Positions 10,621-21,152 of a stretch of DNA of 32,294 bases are shown piece by piece. The stretch comes from Octopus bimaculoides (lineage: Eukaryota). Position numbers and translations under genes: made by a program. A model generated the notes under the pieces. It was given only the letters and a program-made list of their open reading frames with translations, made no database searches and was not told where the DNA came from. Within the stretch, counting starts at the first letter, position 1, and the number at the start of each line of letters is the position of its first letter. The stretch covers positions 9,960,727 to 9,993,020 of the forward strand of contig NC_068986.1 in the NCBI RefSeq assembly GCF_001194135.2, given 5' to 3'.

Positions 10621-11644
10621 NNNNNNNNNNNNNNNNNNNNNNNNNNNNNNNNNNNNNNNNNNNNNNNNNNNNNNNNNNNNNNNNNNNNNNNNNNNNNNNN
10701 NNNNNNNNNNNNNNNNNNNNNNNNNNNNNNNNNNNNNNNNNNNNNNNNNNNNNNNNNNNNNNNNNNNNNNNNNNNNNNNNNNNNNNNNNNNNNNNNNNNN
10801 NNNNNNNNNNNNNNNNNNNNNNNNNNNNNNNNNNNNNNNNNNNNNNNNNNNNNNNNNNNNNNNNNNNNNNNNNNNNNNNNNNNNNNNNNNNNNNNNNNNN
10901 NNNNNNNNNNNNNNNNNNNNNNNNNNNNNNNNNNNNNNNNNNNNNNNNNNNNNNNNNNNNNNNNNNNNNNNNNNNNNNNNNNNNNNNNNNNNNNNNNNNN
11001 NNNNNNNNNNNNNNNNNNNNNNNNNNNNNNNNNNNNNNNNNNNNNNNNNNNNNNNNNNNNNNNNNNNNNNNNNNNNNNNNNNNNNNNNNNNNNNNNNNNN
11101 NNNNNNNNNNNNNNNNNNNNNNNNNNNNNNNNNNNNNNNNNNNNNNNNNNNNNNNNNNNNNNNNNNNNNNNNNNNNNNNNNNNNNNNNNNNNNNNNNNNN
11201 NNNNNNNNNNNNNNNNNNNNNNNNNNNNNNNNNNNNNNNNNNNNNNNNNNNNNNNNNNNNNNNNNNNNNNNNNNNNNNNNNNNNNNNNNAAAATGCTTCA
11301 GAATTGCTTCGACTGGAATTGGTTTGCGATTAGGGTGGGGTGGGGGGGGGAACTGGATCATGAGGACTCTTGGTCAAGTTTGGTAAACCAGTTTCGATTT
11401 CACATGGAGAACCCTACTCCATTGGGATGGACTATCTTGACTACCACCTAACGACGTTGTGACATCCCTAAAAAGACAGGATGGTCATGGCTGGAACCCT
11501 TTTGATCACAGCTTTGCTCAATCTTGTTTGACCTGCGGCTAAACAACGCATGTCTCGTTGATCATCGATTCATTTATAACTGTTTTGGAACCAAACCCCC
11601 GTGATGAACGAGGATTATGGGCATACCTACACAGGTGTACCCTC

Positions 11645-12268
11645 TCGATTTTGTTTCTTCATAATCTCAAAAGAAAAATGGATATTTCTATCTGGAATTT
11701 TCTAGAAATATGCTTCAAATGGTGTAGATTTCGATTATATCAGAATTTCTGGTGAAACAGTTTTTTCTGAGCGCGGGGGAGAGGAGTTTCGGAAAACCCA
11801 TAGGAGTCGGTTTTGTTTTCTCAAAACTATCCGGAAAATGGATATTTCCAAATGAAATTTTCTATAAAGACGTTTCAGATGGTGTAGATTGCAATTATAT
11901 CGGAATTTAATATGAAAAGAAAACTGGGGGCTTGCACGAATACATACTGACACACATCACAAAGTGAAACTTGAAATTTCGAACAAATATGAGGTGTAGC
12001 AATATGTAGGTGCGCCAGCCCAGCATTTTTATTTTTATTTTTTTTTCTCATATTGAATTCCACTATAATCGTAATCAGGAAAGTATTTGGATAAAATTTC
12101 AGAAAAAAATATCCATTTTTCTGAATGTTATGAGGAAACAAAGCCACCTTTTTACGAATTTTCAGAGACTCCTCTCATCATCTTCGGGAAAAAATCCGAT
12201 ATAATCAGAATGGGCACCATTTAAAGCGTATTTCTAGAAGATTTCTGGGAGTTATGAGGAAATAAAGT
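11645..12268. mobile_element. Older, diverged foldback element related to 8830-9969
   Basis: AAAATGGATATTTC at 11675 and 11835 (period 160). Inverted copies AAATATCCATTTTT (~12107) and CACCATTTAAAGCGTATTTCTAGAA (~12215, reverse complement of ~11700-11724). Shares a GAGAGGA..TCGGAAAA-like motif. Confidence 0.6.
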
Positions 12269-12932
12269 CAGGAGTGAGGGGCAGGTTTGTGTATGTATGA
12301 CGATAGATATACCTCGGTACAACGAACAAACGAGCGAGCCTTTACATGGTCACACGGCTTGCTAGAAATAGTAGTCAAATCTCACACCACGTCGAATCGA
12401 TTTGAGAGAAGAAAAGAAAATATATAGTTGAGTTAAATATAAGATAGGCGAAGTGGGGCACGCATGGAATATCTCAGATCATAGATTTGTGCAATAAGGG
12501 CTAACAAGTAGCTAAAGAACAACTTAGGAGACACCCAGCATGTAATATAAGAGAACGAAACTATTTCATTTCTGCAGAAGTCACGTGACCCATCCTGACT
12601 ACTAATTATCCTAATTGCTTTCAGACAGGTTTTTATCTCTGTGCAACACCAGCCATGCCCATCATGTCTTCTAGCAGAGTGATAATCTTGAAATCTTTTT
12701 AGTCATTAGTGTGGCCAAGCTGGAGCATTGGCTCGATGGATTTTATTAGATGAAATCAACCTTATTGTCTTAAAATAAATGAATATTTATTCTTTTGATG
12801 TCTGTTTGGCTGAAGCACTAAATTAGGGGATCATAAAGAAACCCTGTTTGTCAAGGAATGTCACCTAAAAGCAAATTAGGGGACAGACATACACACACAC
12901 ACACACGTATCAATTATAATCTATAAGTGTTA

Positions 12933-13023
12933 CCCTCTCTCTTTTTCTCTCTCTCTTTTTCTCTCTCTCTCTTTTTCTCTCTCTCTCTTTTTCTCTCTCT
13001 CTCTTTTTCTCTCTCTCTCTTTT

Positions 13024-13058
<35 letters not shown>

Positions 13059-13105
13059 GTTCTCTGTTATTTTGGGGTTTATTTCGTTTGATATTTGTTG
13101 CCATT

Positions 13106-13130
<25 letters not shown>
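12933..13130. repeat. Polypyrimidine (CT)nTTTT modular repeat followed by (GT)n
   Basis: About seven CTCTCTCTCTTTTT-like units over 12933-13057, an essentially pure pyrimidine strand; (GT)n at 13106-13130. Confidence 0.9.
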
Positions 13131-13136
<6 letters not shown>

Positions 13137-13351
13137 AGTTTTTGTATTGTCTCTATGTGTTTGTGTGATATTGTGCAAGTGTTTTCTGCAGAGATACCGT
13201 TATTATAAGAATTTTCTATCTGTTTAAGAGCAGAATCATCTGTTGGACATTTGCCAACATTATACTGAAAAACAACTGCTTTTCGTTATTTTTATTGTTG
13301 TTGCAAATATATTTCTCTAATATTTTTTTTGTTTTTCTTTTCATCACGTAT

Positions 13352-13500
13352 AATCATCATCATCGTTTACTGTCGCTTTCCATTCTGGCATAGGTTGGAC
13401 GGTTTGACATGGAGCGAGTTAGCAGGAAGCTGTCCAGACTCCAACTGTCTTTTGTGGCATGGTTTCTATGGCTGGATGCCCTTCCTAACACCAACCGCTT
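13352..13500 (-). mobile_element. RTE-type LINE/SINE 3' tail fragment
   Basis: (CAT)n then ..GGTTTCTATGGCTGGATGCCCTTCCTAACACCAACC. A sense-orientation relative ending GCATGGAAAAGCAGATATGGAAATAATGATGATG lies at ~23880-24035. Family assignment is from pattern recognition. Confidence 0.55.
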
Positions 13501-14254
13501 GTGCCTAGAGTAGAAAAGATTATTATCATTATTATTATTGTTATTATTATTATTATTTCTAAGGTGGCAAGCTGACAGAATTTTTAGCATGCCAGGCAAA
13601 ATGCAGAGCTGTGTGTTAGACAAGTCATAGCATAGAATCAGTCACACAATATGTGAAAAGGCCACTTCACATCTTCCAAAAGTGTTTCAGTCAAGAGTTA
13701 AATTATAATTTACATTTAAGTCATTATTCGCTAGCATGGACAACAGACTTTAAATGATGATGATACCTCGTTATGGCTTAACAGCCCTCACCATTTGTTT
13801 TTACTGTTTTGTTCTCACTGTCCTGTTTTTGTTACTACTTCAACCCTCCACAAAAAAAAATCCCAAATTTGATTTAATTTGCTTTGCGGGAAGGACTGTT
13901 TTAACGAAGTCGCATCTTGTCCCTACCTTCGAAACACAGAGTAGAGATAAAACAGGGGACAACTGATGAAGGGAATGTTCTTTATGTTGCCTGCCTCGTT
14001 TCTCTATTTGTTTCTTTCGTTGTTCGAAAAAAAAGTTTGTTTTCCATGCTTTTGNNNNNNNNNNGTTGCCTGCCTCGTTTCTCTATTTGTTTCTTTCGTT
14101 GTTCGAAAAAAAGTTTGTTTTCCATGCTTTTGTTTTTTATGTTCTCGTTTCTCATTTTGTTCACGTTTTTTTTATGTCCTGTACTCATATATGCATGTAT
14201 ATATACATATATATATGCAGGTATGTGCATGTATTGTGTGTATATATATGCATA

Positions 14255-14511
14255 TGTAGTGACGTCATTTGGCGCCAAAATACAGTCGCCATTACTGCGT
14301 TTTCATCCACGCATGCGCAGGGAATAGTTCCGGAAGGAACACAGGAAGAGTCCCATGCGAATGCGTGGAATTCAACATCTAAAACGTTCCGCTCTTTTCA
14401 TTCTCTTTCTCGGCCAGCCGGCCGTATCAAGCTGTCTCTCCAGCATTCCAACGTCTCAGCAACCATGTCTATTTCCTCGGTAAATAAATATTGTTGTGTT
14501 GATAGTTCAGA
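14255..14511 (+). repeat. 5' LTR (257 bp)
   Basis: Aligns to 15640-15909 with 6 substitutions, a 1-bp indel and a ~12-bp indel block. AATAAA at 14483-14488. Confidence 0.85.
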
Positions 14512-14821
14512 CTTCCAAAGCCTATAACCAAAAATTTCTTCACTGCTAAGACCTTTGTGGTTTTTCACATAAAAAACTTCACGGTTATTTCATTCTAACA
14601 ACTTTTTGAGCAATTTCCTACATGTTTCACGAGACGTCAATTCATTCTTACACAGCGTCCTCTACTTGCTGAAAATAGCAGTAAAATGCACAGTTACATT
14701 TCAGTGAGTACATAACATTTCTTGATGCTTATTTGCTCCGAATTCATGACAGCATTTTCCAGCATTGCCACTCAACGGTACCTCTCAAATAGACGCCCTG
14801 TTAAATTTCTCTCTCCTGATA

Positions 14822-14992
14822 TGCACCAACAACTACCATCCCGCTTCTAATGGAATGGTTGAGCGTTTTCATAGGCAATTTAAGGCTTCCTTACACGCCT
14901 CGCCCAACCCGTAGTCTTGGGTTGAATTTCTTCAAGGTCGACGCTAATGGTCGTACAGAGATGGTGTCTGTCGACCGTCTGAAAAAGCGTAC
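14822..14992 (+). pseudogene. Gypsy integrase fragments
   Basis: Frame from 14822 reads CTNNYHPASNGMVERFHRQFKASLHASPNP*SWVEFL (integrase core YHPxSNGxVERFHRxLK). After an internal deletion it reads FFKVDANGRTEMVSVDRLKK (C-terminal 'VSIDRLKP'-type motif). Confidence 0.85.
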
Positions 14993-15639
14993 CTTTTCAA
15001 ACACCACTGTCAACATCATTACCACCACACAGCAGCAGCAGCAACAGTTCCAGTGATCACATCAACAGCTTCGTCCAGCCAAGCCTACCATCACCGTCGC
15101 CATCAGCAACACGAGTCTACGACTACTACCGAGCATCGTCTTCGCCACCAGCCTCATCGCCACCAGCATTTGCCACCATAGTCAACACGACTTTAACTAC
15201 GAACGACAAGATTCGCCAATATCATCAACATGATTTCTATGTACACCAATCCAAACCACCGCGGCACATCTCGCTCTTNNNNNNNNNNNNNNNNNNNNNN
15301 NNNNNNNNNNNNNNNNNNNNNNNNNNNNNNNNNNNNNNNNNNNNNNNNNNNNNNTATCTGCTGTAATATCTCACATACACATACATGTATCAATCACACA
15401 CACTCTTTTCTTTATACGACGGCCTGTCTTTTATTATGTTTTTATATGTCGCATTCACACTCATATATTTTCTTTCCTTTCAGATTGCATGCATGTATCT
15501 CACAAGTGTACATTCATTCCTTTGATTTTTCTTTGTGTGTGTTTGTGCCACATCTTGTGGTTGGTTTCAGTGGCCATCTTGCCTCAGGCGTCCCTCCAAA
15601 ATTTTTATTTTCGTGCTTCCGCACTCGAGGGGGAGCCAT

Positions 15640-15909
15640 TGTAGTGACGTCATTTGGCGCCAAAATACAGTCGCCATTACTGCCTTTTCATCCACGCATG
15701 CGCAGGGAATAGTTCCAGAAGGAACACAGGAAGAGTCCCATGCGCATGCGTGGAATTCAACATCTAAAACGTTCCCGCTCTTTTCATTCTCTTTCTCGGC
15801 CGGCCAGCCATGAGCGTGGTCGTATCAAGCTGTCTCTCCAGCATTCCAACATCTCAGCAACCATGCCTATTTCCTCGGTAAATACATATTGTTGTGTTGA
15901 TAGTTCAGA
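15640..15909 (+). repeat. 3' LTR (270 bp)
   Basis: Preceded by the PPT. The polyA signal position reads AATACA (15881-15886). Confidence 0.85.
15645..15750. promoter_or_regulatory. CRE + E2F + NRF1-like motif cluster in the LTR (also in the 5' LTR)
   Basis: TGACGTCA 15645-15652, palindrome TTTGGCGCCAAA 15653-15664, CGCATGCGCA 15695-15704, TGCGCATGCG 15741-15750. Motif match only; function not shown. Confidence 0.4.
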
Positions 15910-15940
15910 GTCGCGTTTCGTTGTGTTCTTTTGAATTTAA

Positions 15941-15988
15941 TATAGGAAAGCGGGTGTACACCTAATGGTGTATAACCACTTTCCTATA
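15941..15988. repeat. 48-bp hairpin/palindrome
   Basis: TATAGGAAAGCGGGTGTACACC-TAAT-GGTGTATAACCACTTTCCTATA: 22-bp arms, 19/22 complementary. Confidence 0.8.
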
Positions 15989-16390
15989 CATATATATATT
16001 TATATTATTATATGATCGAACGCCACGCATCCATTTCCAAGTAAGTTCCGTCCATCCATCCAGTTCAAATTCACAGAAAACAAATGAACACAGGTGAAGG
16101 AGCAACAAGCAAGTGTATTAGTTTAACGCTTGGGAAGAATGGAAAAGTCTATTTTTTTTGGGGGGGGGGGGGGNNNNNNNNNNNNNNNNNNNNNNNNNNN
16201 NNNNNNTGGGGGGGGGGGTAAATGTGAGATCTCTGGTCGTATTTTCCCACTGCTTATAACATTGTAGGAATTGACTTAACCGCCCCCTTCCCCGGGAAAT
16301 TACTGACCTTGTCTCAGAATTTTAAGCCAATATTTCGATAACGAATATATATTTGTCTTTATTACAGATCTACTGAACTCTGAGCCCTTG

Positions 16391-16888
16391 ATGATGGCCA
16401 CAAAATCTCGTTTCACAGTTTCTCCGGTCAGTGCTAGTCAACAGGTCAGCAGGCAGAGCTACTCTGAAGATGACCGACAATGTTACCTGATGCAGATCAC
16501 CCTTCATCCCGTCTATACAGGCAATCCGAATGAGCCCCTGCCTCACATCTGCTACAAACGCCTTCCACGACTCATTAACGGAATCCCTTTAGGGGCTGGT
16601 GTTATCAAGAACAATGAAATGGATCATATCCGCTGGCGTTACATTGAAGGGTTAAGTGGGGGAGGGCATGGCACCCAGACTTTCATTTCGGAACCAATGT
16701 ACCGCGACGAAGCTGAAGATGCTAAAAGAAGCTTTAAAGACCGTCTTCTTAAACAATCTCGTTCTGTTTTTGGTGATGTTACTGTGAAAGTGTCTGTCAT
16801 CCTATCCCAGTGTGTTCACTACGATGAGGAATTTTATATCAACGATGTTGCTGATACAATTAGTGATGGCTTGCACTTCAGAGATTGA
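16391..16888 (+). CDS. Uncharacterised 165-aa protein; single or terminal coding exon
   Basis: Acceptor tttgtctttattacAG|A at 16367/16368. ATGATGG at 16391; the second ATG has A at -3 and G at +4. Unbroken, normal-complexity ORF, visibly GC-richer than its flanks, with an AT-rich UTR-like tail. The frame is open back to the acceptor, so upstream coding exons (phase 1) are possible. No recognised domain. Confidence 0.7.
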   Translation: MMATKSRFTVSPVSASQQVSRQSYSEDDRQCYLMQITLHPVYTGNPNEPLPHICYKRLPRLINGIPLGAGVIKNNEMDHIRWRYIEGLSGGGHGTQTFISEPMYRDEAEDAKRSFKDRLLKQSRSVFGDVTVKVSVILSQCVHYDEEFYINDVADTISDGLHFRD

Positions 16889-17174
16889 TTTTTCAGCAAC
16901 GTTTCATGACTGGAAAACGTGAAATCCAGTGATTATCTTCCTTCGTCTTTCTTTTCCATTCCTCTTCTTCCCCACCCCCATTTTATTGCAGGTTTTGAAT
17001 TGGTTTCTTTAAATTGAGGGTTTCTTTATTTTATTTTGGTTATTGAATTATCATTATGTTTGTTGTTGTTGTTGTTGTAACCATGAAACGAACGATTTTA
17101 ATATACTAAAATACCCTGAGAAGTTGTTGCCATTGAGTTATCTCCCTTCTAAACAAATGCTTGGAGTACCGTTA

Positions 17175-17209
<35 letters not shown>

Positions 17210-18003
17210 ACTGAGGTTTACAAATCAGATGGCATTCACATGCAAAACAATAATTAAGTTTAATGTTAATTAAAAAATAGTAAACCACAGAAAATTTAGC
17301 TCGTAGGAGTCATTAAAAAATCTTAATAAGAATATTAAGATATTTATTAGCCATTAAGTGAACTTTGTCTTTTCTGCACAACATAATTATTCCTAATTAG
17401 ACTAATCAATGCTCACTGCATTATATATGTTCACACTAACATTACTGTTTTTTTTCTTTTTGCCTTTGTGGATGGCGTCTCCAAGTAATCAAGCTCAATG
17501 ATGTATTTAATTAAATATGCTAATTTTCACACCAACTCGTGAACAACATTGTAGATCTACATGGGGATGTCCCTTTACTATTTGAGCAAGTCTGGTAAAG
17601 GCTGTTGAATAACCAGACAAAAATATTGGGCGTTGGTTAATGTTTTTTTTTCTCCCCTTCACAACATAATTGTTTTCAATTAGTTTTAATGCTCTTGGCA
17701 TTAAATATACTAACACTGCCTTAGGTCTTTAGTAATACCTGTTATTCCCCTGGGGTTAATAAAATACACACTCAAGACTTCTGTCCACTTCTGTATCAGC
17801 TTATAACCCAGATTGTCTTTTGAGAAGTTAATATTTACTGGAACATAGTATGGCAGCATCAATGGCTCAAAGAATGGTCACTATTCTTGTAATGTCTTAG
17901 ATTTAATTTTGGTTCTCTAAGGTCATGAAATTGGCAGCAGAGTTATTAAGGTGCTAGATAAATACCTCATAGTATTGTAATGAGATTTTAGAGGTGGTTA
18001 GAC

Positions 18004-18262
18004 CAGTGGTTCTCAACCAGGGTCCGTATGGTCCATTGGAGGTCCATGTAAGACTTTGTTGTTAAAATTTATCTGAAATAAATTGCTGATCTTTCTTTGA
18101 TGCACCAAATATTTTAATAATTTTTTGAATACAATTCCTAATAGTATTGAATAATAAAAATATCAGGTTTTTTTTTTAAATATCGAATGCCTGCAAGGGT
18201 CCACCTGTCTCAGATTGGAATCAAAAAGGTCCACAGATTTCAAAAATGGTTGAGAAGCACTG
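18004..18262. mobile_element. hAT-type MITE (259 bp)
   Basis: TIRs CAGTGGTTCTCAACC / GGTTGAGAAGCACTG. 8-bp TSD ggttagac / ggttagat. Confidence 0.85.
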
Positions 18263-19789
18263 GGTTAGATGAATGATGGGTTTTTTTGTTAATAGGTGGG
18301 GTTGTTTTAGGCTGTGTTGTTTCTCCATGTTCAACTAAGTCCATCTTGAATTTTTGATGAGATTATTTCCAACATTTGTTCAGTGGACGTCGTGTCAGTG
18401 GTAAGAAACTTTCAAGAGATCTGTAAGTTTCTATTGTTACTGGAATGGTCCTTCCAAGTCTGTTGTTGCTCGTATGTTGTTCAATGTAGTTAAAATGTGT
18501 TGTTGATCTGTGTAAATATTCTTCTCAAAGAACCCTGCTGAAGGTGGATTATACATGCAAAGAAAGTTAAAAGGAAAAAAGAAAAATCTATTACAGTTCC
18601 TGAAGAATTTGGTAAAACTGATGACAAAGTCGCATACCCTAATCAGTCAATATGTGACAAACCTTTGAAGATTCTGTTGTTTTTGTTATCTGTGATACGT
18701 TGTTTTGTTTCATGTCGATTTTTAAAAATTTAAATTTAAAGTTTTTAAAAATTAAATAAAGTCATTTTAACCAAAATAAGTTATTTGTAACAAAACCATC
18801 TTCTCTTTAAGAATTTGTTTTTCATTAAACTACGGAACTTGGTCGCATCTTTGTACCAAAGAGTCCAAAATATTTTTATAATATTCATTTTTCAACCTTC
18901 GAGATTCTTAATATTATTCCTGTTTCCCTCCAGGGTTGATTAAAAATTTTGGTAATTCTTTAACTGGTTCAATTAAGTTTTGCCCTAACACCATAAAGAC
19001 ACCTGACCTTGGTCATTTGGAATGAGGTGGGATAAAATATGTAACTAGTCTTACCTCCTGGGTTCAAATCTTACCAGAATCCACTTTGTCTCCTTTTGGA
19101 GGTTATTTAGAAATAAGTACCAGTAATATATGTGGTTTCTTGCATATTTCGAATGTCCGTCATCTAAAACATAGGGAAAAAAATTTCAAAACAGTTCAAA
19201 ATTTTAAGGGGTGGGGGGAAAATTTTTTTTTTTTTTGCATATTTGTAATCTCCAACATCTTAAACGTAGGAATCTGAAAAAAATGCATTTTTCAGGAAGA
19301 GGTGCGAAACTGCATTAGCCCCATTATTTAAATATTCTATCTTATATCTTTTACTTGTTTCAGTCTTTAGACTGTGGCCATGCTGGAGTACTGCCATTTT
19401 TTTTTCAAATGTGGACAACCTGACAAATTGGAAAATGTGTCCCCCACAGTGAACATGAAACTTTGGTCAAGTTTTTAAATACCATTCTGGCATTCTTATG
19501 GTCAGGAGTGAAGGTAGTGCCCCATGACCCTTTACAGGGATTCTGATGCTGGTGGGGAGGGAGGGTATCCTCAAGCCAGAACCCTGACAATGGTAGACTC
19601 TGCTAAAGACACCCAAGGTCTCTGTTGCAGGTGTTAAACTGAGAAATGGATTAAGTCCTGCATGCAGGTAGGCCCTGGTGGGATTTAAACTCAGAACACA
19701 CAAAGCTGGAACAACTACCACAAGGTATCAAGTCCCATGTTCTTATAATTCCAAGAATCTGCCTCCTTGGTACTTTATTATTGTTTGGG

Positions 19790-19945
19790 CTGTGGTGGAG
19801 CTGGCAGAATTATTACATTTAGCAGTATTTCATCCATCTTTACATTCTGAGTTTAAATTCCACTGAGGTCTTCTTTGACTTTCATCCTTCTGGGGGTCAA
19901 TAAAGTAAGTACCAGTCATGTACTGGGGTTTATTTATAATAATGA
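19790..19945 (+). mobile_element. SINE family 2, decayed
   Basis: GGAGCTGGCAGAATT..GAGTTTAAATTCCACTGAGGTC..TTCATCCTTCTGGGGGTCAATAAAGTAAGTACCAG. Another decayed antisense copy lies at ~20395-20500. Confidence 0.7.
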
Positions 19946-20095
19946 AATTATTGTGTATAGTGCTCAGGTGCCCTACAACCCATCAAAGGTGCATGTACAG
20001 TACATAGAATTATGTACAAAAGTCAGGAAAGTGAGCAGTGTATGGGTCACGATATATATATGTGTGTGTGCATGTGTATGGAGGGGGTGGGGATA

Positions 20096-20345
20096 TCAGG
20101 TGTAGTGTTGGCGAATTTTAGGAAGCATGGAGGTTTTAAAGGATGCAATGTCTCGGCAACTAACAACTGATGCAGGAAGTTTGTTCCATGCTTCAGTAAC
20201 TCTGAGTGAGAAAAAATGTTTACCAAAAGTCATGGAAGCTGTACTGTTTTCTGACTTTGTAGGCATGCCCACATGTGTTAGACACATGAGGCTCAAAAAG
20301 GTGCTCAAGGTGGTTGTTGGTGTAATGGTTAATAATTTTCTGAAT
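20096..20345 (-). mobile_element. CR1/L2-group LINE, 3'-terminal ORF2 fragment
   Basis: Minus frame reads ..KHFFSLRVTEAWNKLPASVVSCRDIASFK.., the typical CR1-type C-terminal 'FFSxRVVxxWNxLPxxVV...FK' motif. Confidence 0.75.
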
Positions 20346-20559
20346 TGACTTAGTCCCTCCCTCAAACTTGCCAACATTTAAAAGCATTATTTTTAATTAT
20401 TATTTAATTGACACAGAAAAGATGAAAGCCAAAATTGACTTTGGTGAGATTTGAACTCAGAATTCAGGGTCTGACCAAATACTACGAAGTATTCTGTCTA
20501 ATGCCCTAACACCTCTTAATCTTCTAGTAATACCTTTTACAACACTTTATAATGTTTGC

Positions 20560-20890
20560 ATGTGTTGTAAGATGCTTGCTTCCCAACCACTTGGGTCCAG
20601 TTTCAATCCCACCGCATGGTACCTTGGGCAAGTATCTTCTTCTGTTGCTTTCAGCCGACCAAAGCCTTGTGAATAGATTTGGTATGTTGAAACTCTGTGT
20701 GTGTGCCTTTGCTTGTCCTCTGCCACTGCTTGACAGCTGGTGTTGGTTTGTTTACATCCCTGTAACTTAAAAGTTTGGCAAATAGGCTGATAGAATAGCT
20801 AGGTATTGGGGTCAATTCATTTGATTAAATATTCCTCATTGTGATGCCTCAGCATGACCACAGTTTATTGCCTGAAACAAGTAAAAGATA
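20560..20890 (+). mobile_element. SINE family 1, diverged full-length copy
   Basis: Head GTGTTGTAAGATGCTTGCTTCCCAACCAC..GGCAAGTATCTTC..GACCAAAGCCTTGTG through tail CATGACCACAGTTTATTGCCTGAAACAAGTAAAAG. Confidence 0.75.
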
Positions 20891-21152
20891 AAATATAAAA
20901 GAATATACAGATGATGATGGTGATGGGCAACATTAATTACATTCAGTTCTAAAGTATTTTTATCTTCTTTTATCAATGTTGTTGTTGTTGTTATCAGTTA
21001 TAGCATTGCTGCCATGGCAGCTGTTGTTTCTCCATTGAAGAAACATTTATTTTGGCTGGGTACAAGTCTTGTGTGTGTGTGTGTGTGTGTATACATGCAA
21101 GCTGGAACTTCAAGGTCACTGTCAACCTTTTCCTTGTAAAGGCTAATACATG

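Larger units (their letters stand above)
14255..15909 (+). mobile_element. Internally deleted Gypsy/Ty3-type LTR retrotransposon (TRIM-like remnant)
   Basis: Direct repeats 14255-14511 and 15640-15909 both begin TGTAGTGACG. PPT GAGGGGGAG at 15627-15635 sits just before the 3' repeat, and integrase remnants lie between. No PBS, terminal CA inverted repeat or TSD found. Confidence 0.85.

Noticed and set aside
13986-14132. 69-bp direct repeat (13986-14054 / 14065-14132)
   Set aside because: The copies flank a 10-N gap and differ only in homopolymer lengths, typical of an unmerged contig overlap.
14066-15934. Paralogous-looking ORFs (SDVIWRQNTVAITAFSSTHAQG..; VVTSFGAKIQSPLL..)
   Set aside because: They are alternative frames through the two LTR copies, not duplicated genes.
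16020-16150. Possible coding exon from ATG 16012 to the donor at 16041
   Set aside because: It would be phase 2 and hit a stop soon after the 16368 acceptor, and the segment resembles the repeat at 1640-1815 in reverse. Kept only as a possible UTR donor.
17500-18720. Splice-like signals and short frames (e.g. ORF 17507-17716, ctattacAG at ~18588, GTAAGA at 18401)
   Set aside because: No consistent exon with both sites and a recognisable product; equally compatible with 3' UTR or intergenic DNA.
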